Below, piece after piece: positions 57,288 through 64,000 of a DNA stretch of 64,000 nt. The notes beneath the pieces are model-generated. The model worked only from the letters and a program-made list of their open reading frames with translations, was not told the origin of the DNA and made no database searches. Numbering within the stretch: the stretch's first letter is position 1; each line of letters begins with the position of its first letter. Both the position numbers and the translations under genes were made by a program. Source of the stretch: an uncultured Gemmatimonadales bacterium (lineage in GTDB: Bacteria > Gemmatimonadota > Gemmatimonadetes > Gemmatimonadales > GWC2-71-9); the NCBI GenBank assembly GCA_963748815.1, contig CAVVKJ010000010.1:192001-256000 (forward strand), read 5' to 3'.

Positions 57288-59011
57288 TCCGGGAGCGGCC
57301 TCCCGGCCGTCCACCGCTCCGCGGCGAGTCGCTGCAGGTAACGGAGCACCGTGTCGCGATCGGCGTGCACCGTGAGGAGCAGCAAGTCGCCGTCGCGCGC
57401 CCAGGCGAGCGCCTGCCGAGCCGACTGCAGTTCGCCTTCGGCGAGGTCGATCTGGTCATCGTGCGCGCCGAGGCGGCGGAGTTCCTCGATCAGCATGCCC
57501 GACACCTCTCCCGCCGCCCGCCCGCGGAGGTAGGACGGCATCTCCTTTACCAGCACCCGGTCGGGCTTCCCGAGCCAGGCGGTCCGCGCCAGTTCGCGAA
57601 TCGCATGGTCGTCCCGGTCGCCGGCCTGCCCGATCACCACGAGGCGGCGGGCGGCCGGGAGCGCGCGCGCCATCTCCATCAGCGCCGTGAGCCCGTGCGG
57701 GTTGTGGGCAAAGTCCACGAACAGGCGCACCCCGCCGAACTCGAACCCGTTGAGGCGGCCGAGATTGCCCGCCGGCGTATTGGTCAGCGAAGCCAGGCCC
57801 TTGGCGATGGATGCGTCGTCGAGGCCGAGCACGACGCCGACCAGCGTCGCCGCGAGGGCGTTGGCAACGTTGTAGCGGGCCGCCCCGCCGATCGTGATCG
57901 GCACCCGGGCCACGGTCGTGATGTCCCGCTCGGTGCGCCCCGTACCGAAGCTGATGCGGTCGCCCCGCAGGGTCGCGGTGAGCCCACCCGCACAGCGGGC
58001 CGCTGCCAGTACCGCATGGTCGGGGTCAAGCGAAAACCAGGCGACGGGGGAGGCGAGGCCGTGCGAGGCCGCGACAAGGGCAGGATCGTCGGCGTTGAGC
58101 ACCAGGGGCCGGAGGCCGCCCAGCGCCCGGGCGACTACCAGCTTCGCCTCGGCGAGGTCGGCGAGCGAGTACACCGCCGATTCACCGAGGTGGTCCTCGG
58201 CGATGTTGGTCACGAGCGCGACATCGGCCCGGTCGACCGCGAGGCCCCGGCGGAGCAGCCCGCCGCGGGCGGTTTCGAGGACCGCCATGTCCACCCGCCG
58301 ATCCCGCAGCAGGCGGCGCGCGCCCCCCGGCCCGGAGAAGTCGCCGGCCTCGAGCGTCTCGCCGCCGACCATGACGCCGTCAGTGGAGGTATGCCCCGCG
58401 GTCTTGCCCGCGGCGGAGATCATGCCGCTCACCAGGCGGGTGACCGTCGTCTTGCCGTTACTGCCGGTGATGAGCGCGACCGGGATGTTGCGGAGCGCGG
58501 GCCACGGCACGGCGGTCGGGGCGGGGAGGGCGTCCATCGGCCAGGTCGCGGACCCCGCCCCGGTTCCGATCGAGACGGATTCGTCATCCCAGAGGAACCG
58601 GAGGTCGCGCGCCGCCGCCGCCGCCTCGAGCGCCAGCAGGGTCGGCTTCCGCTCCTCGGCAACGATGGCGCGAAGCCTGTCGATGGCGGCGTCGCGGTCG
58701 ATCGCGTCGCAATGAAAGCGCGCGCTGGCGGCCGCCCACGCCCATTCGTTGACTTCGGTGGCCGCGTAGAGCGCGTCGATCGGCGCGGTAAGCGCGAGGC
58801 TGGCGCCGCCCGGATAGCGGCGGACGGCGAGCGTCTCCCCGGTCCATCCCAGCGCGTCCAGCGCGAGCCGCGCTTCCTCGCCCCAGAACCGCACGAGCTC
58901 ATCCGCGGCGGGGTCGGCCAGCTCGACCTCCAGCACCGCCCCCGGCCGGTCGGTCACCAGGTTGGGACCGGTGAGCCGCCGGGAGTCGCGGATGGTTTCC
59001 GGAAGGACCAT
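57284..59011 (-). CDS. CphA-related Mur-ligase protein lacking the ATP-grasp domain
   Basis: CphA-like N-terminus (RRLTGPNL), then directly ITGSNGKTT, VLETARGGLLRRGL, DHLG, DFAHNPHG, GDRDD; 575 aa. Confidence 0.8.
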   Translation of the reverse strand: MVLPETIRDSRRLTGPNLVTDRPGAVLEVELADPAADELVRFWGEEARLALDALGWTGETLAVRRYPGGASLALTAPIDALYAATEVNEWAWAAASARFHCDAIDRDAAIDRLRAIVAEERKPTLLALEAAAAARDLRFLWDDESVSIGTGAGSATWPMDALPAPTAVPWPALRNIPVALITGSNGKTTVTRLVSGMISAAGKTAGHTSTDGVMVGGETLEAGDFSGPGGARRLLRDRRVDMAVLETARGGLLRRGLAVDRADVALVTNIAEDHLGESAVYSLADLAEAKLVVARALGGLRPLVLNADDPALVAASHGLASPVAWFSLDPDHAVLAAARCAGGLTATLRGDRISFGTGRTERDITTVARVPITIGGAARYNVANALAATLVGVVLGLDDASIAKGLASLTNTPAGNLGRLNGFEFGGVRLFVDFAHNPHGLTALMEMARALPAARRLVVIGQAGDRDDHAIRELARTAWLGKPDRVLVKEMPSYLRGRAAGEVSGMLIEELRRLGAHDDQIDLAEGELQSARQALAWARDGDLLLLTVHADRDTVLRYLQRLAAERWTAGRPLPE

Positions 59012-61800
59012 CAGTCGTCGGCTTCCCGGGCGAGGCGGACGCCGCGATCGTCACGGATGATCTGGTCGGAATCGGGAAGCTCGGCGCCGGCCGAGGGGGC
59101 GGTCACCTCCAGCCTGGCGGCGGGTGCGGGTGTCGTCGCCGCGCCGCGGCCGCTGGGGCTGAAATGAATGATCTGCTTCCAGGTCCGCGCGATCGAGTCG
59201 CCGAAGATGAGCAGCAGGTCTCCCTGCCGGGCCATCCGGAGCGCCGCCTCCACCGCGCGCTGCTCGTCGGCGATCACCGTGATCTGCTTGTCTGGCACAC
59301 CCGCCGCCAGCAGCGTCTCGCGGAGCAGGCGGGGCACCTCTTCGTCGGTGCGCCCGCGGAGGGAGTCGTCCCGCCGGCAGAAGTAATGGGCGAACCGTCC
59401 CGCGGCCCGGTGGGCGATGTCGCGGATGTCCTCGTCGCGGCGGTCGCCCGGTCCGGCCAGCACCACCAGCTTCTTCCCCTTCACCTCGATGCGGTCGGTG
59501 AGCTGGCACATCACCTCGACCGCGTCGGGGTTGTGGCCGTAGTCGAGGATGACCTTGAAGCCGTGCTCGTCGAAGACGTTCATCCGGCCCGGCGCCTGGA
59601 AGAAGCTGGTGTCGAAGGTACGGAGCCCGTGCCGGATGTCCTCCAGCTTGACCCCCATGCTGAACGCCATCGCCGCGGCGAACATCGCGTTCTGCACGTT
59701 GTGCATCGCGCGCCCCTCGAGGGTGGCCGGGATCAGGTGGGTCCAGAGCAGGGGAATGTGGCCGCCACGATCGTAGATCGTGATCATCTGTCCGTTCACG
59801 CCGGCCTCGAGTGCCAGCGCGCGGCCCCCGGCCCGGATGTGCTCGCGCACCAACTGGTGCTCCGGGTTGAGCGTGACGTAGCAGATGACCTTGGCCTCGG
59901 TGTAGTCGGCCATCGCGAGACAGAGGGGATCGTCGGCGTTGAGCACCGCCGTGTCGCGCGCCACCTCGATCGGAATCCGCTTGACCTTGGCCAGTTCCTC
60001 GAGGGTCTCGACGCCCCGGAGCCCGAGGTGGTCGGACTTCACGTTGAGGCAGGCGGCCACGTCGCAGTGGCGGAAGCCCATCCCGGCGCGCAGCAGCCCG
60101 CCGCGTGCCGTTTCCAGCACCGCCACGTCGACATGGGGATCGCCGAGGACCATCCGCGCGGCGATCGGTCCGGTCATGTCGCCCTCGACCGTGCGATTGC
60201 CGTCGATGTACACGCCGTCGGTGGTGGTCAGGCCGACCGTGCGCCCGGCCAGCTTGTGGATGTGCGCCAGCATGCGGGAGGTCGTGGTCTTGCCGTTGGT
60301 GCCGGTGATGGCCGCGATCGGAATGCGCGACGGCGATCCCGGCGGGAAGAGCATGTCCAGCACCGGGCCCGCCACGTCGCGGGGCTTTCCCTCGCTCGGC
60401 GCCATGTGCATCCGGAAGCCGGGCGCCGCGTTGACTTCGCAGATCGCGCCGCCGCCGTGCTCCCGGTAGGACAGGCTGATGTCGGGCGTCAGGAAGTCCA
60501 CCCCGCCGACGTCGAGGCCGATCGCCTCGACGGTCCGGACCGCCATTTCCCGGTTGTCGGGATGGACGATGTCGGTCACGTCAACGGAGGTGCCGCCGGT
60601 CGAGAGGTTGCCCGTCGAGCGGAGGTACACGACTTCGCCCGCGGCCGGGACGGTGGCCCGGGTGTAATTCTGCCGTGCCAGCAGCCGGTCCGCCTGCGCG
60701 TCGAACTCGATGCGCGTCAGCACCTTCTCGTGGCCGATGCCCCGCCGGGGGTCGGCGTTGACGGAGGCGACCAGCGCCTCGATGGTGCGGATGCCGTCCC
60801 CGACGACGTGCCCCGGGACCCGCTTGGCCACCGCCACCAGCTCGCCGTCGATCACCAGCATCCGGTGATCGTGCCCCTCGATGAACGACTCGACGATGAC
60901 GCTGCGGCTGATCGCCTGCGCCTGCCGGAAGGCCACGGCCACCGACTCGTCGTCCTGGAGGTTGATCGCCACCCCGCGTCCATGGTTGGCGTTGTACGGC
61001 TTGAGCACCACCGGAAACCCGATACGCCGCGCGGCGTCGATCGCCTCGTCCTCGCGCTGGACCAGCCGCTGCTTCGGCACCGGGAGCCCGAGTCGCGTCA
61101 ACAGCTTGTTGGTCTCTTCCTTGTCCGAGGCGATCTCCACCGCGATGTGCGGCGTCTTGCTGGTGATGGTCGCCTGCACCCGCTGCTGGAATCGGCCCAT
61201 CCCGAGCTGGATCAGGCTGTAGTCGTTCAACCGCATCCAGGGAATGCCACGGTCCTCGGCCGCGTGCACCAGCGCGCCGGTGCTTGGCCCGAGCGCGCGG
61301 CGCTGGGCGAACCGGATGAAGGCGTCCCGCTCCTCGGCGAAATCGAACCCGTCCGGCACGCTGCCCTTGGGGCGCAGCGCCTCCGGGAGGAGGGAATGGA
61401 GCAGGGTGAGCGCCAGCCGGCCGGCCTCGAGTCCCACTTCTTCCTGCTCATACTGGAACACGACGTGGTAGCGGCCCGGGACGTCGGTCGAGCGGGTCTT
61501 CCCGAAGGTGACCGTGGCGCCCGCGACGTTTTGCAATTCGATCGCGACGTGCTCAAGCACGTGACCGAGCCAGGTGCCCTCGTCTTCCAGCACCCGGCGC
61601 TGGAATCCCCCCGCGTCGCCGTAGGAGCAGCCGTGCTCGAGCAGGCCCGGCAGCGCGGCGAAGAGGGCATCGCTGAACGCGGGCCCCAGGCGGCTGGTGG
61701 GCCACTCTTCCACCGGCCCGAGGTCCAGGTCGAAGCGGATGACGGGGAAATGGGCGTACAGGCTCGGTCCGAGGTAGACCGAGGTCTCGATGATGCGCAT
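59011..61800 (-). CDS. cphA: Cyanophycin synthetase (CphA1)
   Basis: N domain EHGCS...GTWLGHVLEHVAIELQ; ATP-grasp VLKP..ANHGRGV and EVNAAPGFRMH; Mur domain ITGTNGKTTT and DYGHNP. Confidence 0.96.
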   Translation of the reverse strand: MRIIETSVYLGPSLYAHFPVIRFDLDLGPVEEWPTSRLGPAFSDALFAALPGLLEHGCSYGDAGGFQRRVLEDEGTWLGHVLEHVAIELQNVAGATVTFGKTRSTDVPGRYHVVFQYEQEEVGLEAGRLALTLLHSLLPEALRPKGSVPDGFDFAEERDAFIRFAQRRALGPSTGALVHAAEDRGIPWMRLNDYSLIQLGMGRFQQRVQATITSKTPHIAVEIASDKEETNKLLTRLGLPVPKQRLVQREDEAIDAARRIGFPVVLKPYNANHGRGVAINLQDDESVAVAFRQAQAISRSVIVESFIEGHDHRMLVIDGELVAVAKRVPGHVVGDGIRTIEALVASVNADPRRGIGHEKVLTRIEFDAQADRLLARQNYTRATVPAAGEVVYLRSTGNLSTGGTSVDVTDIVHPDNREMAVRTVEAIGLDVGGVDFLTPDISLSYREHGGGAICEVNAAPGFRMHMAPSEGKPRDVAGPVLDMLFPPGSPSRIPIAAITGTNGKTTTSRMLAHIHKLAGRTVGLTTTDGVYIDGNRTVEGDMTGPIAARMVLGDPHVDVAVLETARGGLLRAGMGFRHCDVAACLNVKSDHLGLRGVETLEELAKVKRIPIEVARDTAVLNADDPLCLAMADYTEAKVICYVTLNPEHQLVREHIRAGGRALALEAGVNGQMITIYDRGGHIPLLWTHLIPATLEGRAMHNVQNAMFAAAMAFSMGVKLEDIRHGLRTFDTSFFQAPGRMNVFDEHGFKVILDYGHNPDAVEVMCQLTDRIEVKGKKLVVLAGPGDRRDEDIRDIAHRAAGRFAHYFCRRDDSLRGRTDEEVPRLLRETLLAAGVPDKQITVIADEQRAVEAALRMARQGDLLLIFGDSIARTWKQIIHFSPSGRGAATTPAPAARLEVTAPSAGAELPDSDQIIRDDRGVRLAREADD

Positions 61801-61823
61801 AGGCCTCCCGGGAGGGACCGGGG

Positions 61824-62666
61824 TCAGGGCTGGGCGGCGGCGGCGTTGGGCGCCGTGGCCACGCGGGTGTGAAGATTGAAGGTGGCGCCGGCGGTCAGGA
61901 TGTGCAGCCGCAGACCGATGAGGCAGACCGGTTCATGGTCGCCGACCTGGTCCATCGACGAATACTCCACGTTGGCGCAGTCGACAATCGTGATGCCGCC
62001 GCTGCCGACCACCTCGAGCGTCTCGTCGGGGCCGATGAACGCGGCGGTGTCCTCGTCGAGTCCGACCCCGATCGCAAAGGGGTTGTACGCGAGCGCGGTG
62101 AGCAGCCGGCCAAGGCGGTCGCGCTGCCGGAAGTGCTGGTCGATGACGACGCGATTGGTCAGTCCGAGCCCCGGCGCCAGCGTCACGATGTTGGCGCGCG
62201 GCACGGCGCCGTCCTCACCGTTGGCGATCATGTGCTCGGACAGGAACGCTGCGCCGGCGGAGGTGCCGGCCACCGGCACGCCCGCGGCGTTGAGGGTGCG
62301 GATGGTGCGGGCCACGTCGGTCCCGCCGAGGGTCGTGGCCAGGCGCAGCTGGTTGCCGCCGGTCATGAAGACGCCCGTCGCGGTCACCAGCTTGTTCAGG
62401 AGCTCCGCCCGGTCGCAGTCCGCGCGCGTCTCGAACGGCAGCGACCGGACCCGTCCGGCGCCCAGCTCGGTGAACAGCGTTTCGTACCGTTCGCCCGTGT
62501 CGGCGAGCTGGGACGCCGTCGGGATGACGGCGATGCGCGCGTCCTTCCCGCCGGCGATCTCCACAAAGCGTCGCAGGATCCTGGCGTCGCTCATCTTTTC
62601 TTCGGCGCCGCCGACGGGGATGATCACCCCGCGTTCGGCGCCCTCGGGCGGGCGGGCCGGGCTCAT
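61824..62666 (-). CDS. cphB: Cyanophycinase
   Basis: GGAEEK, IPTAS, TGGNQLRL, GTSAGA, DQHFRQRDRLGRL, GLDEDT; no signal peptide. Confidence 0.95.
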   Translation of the reverse strand: MSPARPPEGAERGVIIPVGGAEEKMSDARILRRFVEIAGGKDARIAVIPTASQLADTGERYETLFTELGAGRVRSLPFETRADCDRAELLNKLVTATGVFMTGGNQLRLATTLGGTDVARTIRTLNAAGVPVAGTSAGAAFLSEHMIANGEDGAVPRANIVTLAPGLGLTNRVVIDQHFRQRDRLGRLLTALAYNPFAIGVGLDEDTAAFIGPDETLEVVGSGGITIVDCANVEYSSMDQVGDHEPVCLIGLRLHILTAGATFNLHTRVATAPNAAAAQP

Positions 62667-63832
62667 TGCAAATCCTCAAAAGTGCCGCGGACGACGGCGC
62701 GGCCGTCCACCAGGTGCCAGCGTCCCATGGCCATCACGTCGGTCAGGTCCCCGTTGGGGTTGAGGATCACGAGGTCGGCGTCGCCACCGGCCTCGATCCG
62801 CCCCTTGTCGGGAAGGCGGAGGAGATCGGCGGGATTCGAGGTGAAGGCGGGGAGCACTCGCTCGAGCGGCTGCCCCCGGTCCAGCAGCTCGCGCAACGCC
62901 GCCGCCAGCGCGCCCGGACTGCCGACATCCATGTCGGTCACGCGACCGTCGGCATCGAAGACGGGGAGGCATCCGCCGCCGTCCGAGCTCACGGTAATCC
63001 GCTCCGGCGGCAATCCGGCGCCGAGATACTGGAGCAGCGCGTCCTCGGCGGACCAGGCATCCTCCTCCGGGCCGACGGGGAACGCGGTCAGGTCGATCCA
63101 GCCGCCGCGCTCGGCGAACTGCATCGCCTCCTCGAAGAGGGCGCGGCGGCGGTTCACATGGGTGGGATTGAAAACGCGGGGGGGAAGTTCACTGGCGTCG
63201 AGTGCCTCGTCGATCAACTGGAGGCCGCGGGCGCCGTCGCCAAGGTGGAGGTGGACGATGCCGGCCTTGCCGGTCATCAGTCCCGCAACGTGCGCCTCGC
63301 TCGCAAGCCGGAGCAGCTCGTCGCGCGTCGGCTGGCTGGATCGGTGGTCGCTCAGGGCGACTTCGCCGATCCCGATGACGCGGTCGATGTGCACGATGTC
63401 GCCGCGGACCGATCCGGTGAGCGTGGTCGGCGGGAGGTGGTAGCCACCGGTATGGCACCAGGCGCTCAACCCTTCCGCGACCAGCCCCCGCGCCGCCGCC
63501 ACCAGCGACGCGGTGCTGCGGGTCACGTCATCGGTGCCGAGGACACCGACCACCGTCGTGACGCCGCCGCGCGTGAAGCGCGTCAACGGCACCGGCGGGA
63601 CGCGGCTCTCCGGTCCGGACTCGCCGCCCCCGCCGGTCAGGTGGACATGGCCATCCACGAGGCCCGGAATGACACGGCGGCCGCCGAAATCGCGCTCCAC
63701 GACCCCGAGTGACGCCGGGAGCGCCGGGACCTCGCGCCCCAGCCAGAGCACCTTGCCGCCGCCGACCAGGATGTGGCGGGCGTCGCGAGGCTCCGGTGCG
63801 TAGATCTCGACGTTTCTCAGCAGCGTCAACAT
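62663..63832 (-). CDS. iadA: Isoaspartyl dipeptidase (beta-aspartyl peptidase)
   Basis: PGLVDGHVHLTGGGGESG, GVLGTD, GEVALSDHRSSQP, HLHLGDG, PTHVNR, SSDGGG. Confidence 0.95.
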   Translation of the reverse strand: MLTLLRNVEIYAPEPRDARHILVGGGKVLWLGREVPALPASLGVVERDFGGRRVIPGLVDGHVHLTGGGGESGPESRVPPVPLTRFTRGGVTTVVGVLGTDDVTRSTASLVAAARGLVAEGLSAWCHTGGYHLPPTTLTGSVRGDIVHIDRVIGIGEVALSDHRSSQPTRDELLRLASEAHVAGLMTGKAGIVHLHLGDGARGLQLIDEALDASELPPRVFNPTHVNRRRALFEEAMQFAERGGWIDLTAFPVGPEEDAWSAEDALLQYLGAGLPPERITVSSDGGGCLPVFDADGRVTDMDVGSPGALAAALRELLDRGQPLERVLPAFTSNPADLLRLPDKGRIEAGGDADLVILNPNGDLTDVMAMGRWHLVDGRAVVRGTFEDLQ

Positions 63833-63901
63833 GCGTCGGAATGACTCCGTCAGCGCAGGGGGGAGCGGGATAATACCGCCGATGAGGCGTATATTGGAAG
63901 G

Positions 63902-64000
63902 ATGAAAACCCCTTCATTCCTCCCGGTGACGCTCACCGGCACAGCGGTCGTGCTCGAGCCGCTCGGCGAACGCCACTGGCCCGGTTTGCTGGCCGTCGGA
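63902..64000 (+). CDS. Partial ORF, probably a RimJ/RimL-like GNAT acetyltransferase
   Basis: MKTPSFLPVTLTGTAVVLEPLGERHWPGLLAV resembles GNAT N-termini; truncated by the window end. Confidence 0.5.
   Translation, partial: MKTPSFLPVTLTGTAVVLEPLGERHWPGLLAVG

Overview
High-GC (about 70%) bacterial chromosome segment. The gene content (ADOP/PadR pair, ECF sigma trio, CGTC-type REPs, cyanophycin genes) suggests Gemmatimonadota or a similar lineage; this is inference only. In order, it holds: small membrane-protein genes and an AI-2E transporter; the glyoxylate shunt (aceB-aceA); rlmN; a long co-oriented run aspS-phoH-ybeY-two CorC/HlyC genes-mgtE-meaB-B12 acyl-CoA mutase large subunit-eRF1-like gene-mutase B12-binding subunit-carboxyltransferase-TPPII-like S8 protease-atuA-like genes-enoyl-CoA hydratase-recQ; REP-flanked accessory genes; acyl-CoA dehydrogenase, Rne/Rng, rplU-rpmA; a TetR-led aromatic-CoA epoxidation operon; an ECF sigma/anti-sigma locus; tRNA-Leu(CAA); PadR-ADOP permease and OmpA; and a cyanophycin operon. 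The strongest candidates for undescribed biology are (1) a compact Box-like operon with a short BoxB-like di-iron protein, a single-domain BoxC-like crotonase, no BoxA and a PaaR-type operator, (2) a CphA paralog lacking the ATP-grasp domain, coupled to cphA and an amidase, and (3) an eRF1-fold protein lacking GGQ between the subunits of an isobutyryl-CoA-mutase-type enzyme. Many genes carry single-base frameshifts that look like sequencing errors. No CRISPR array, integrase, transposase or rRNA was seen. All family calls come from motif recognition, not database searches.
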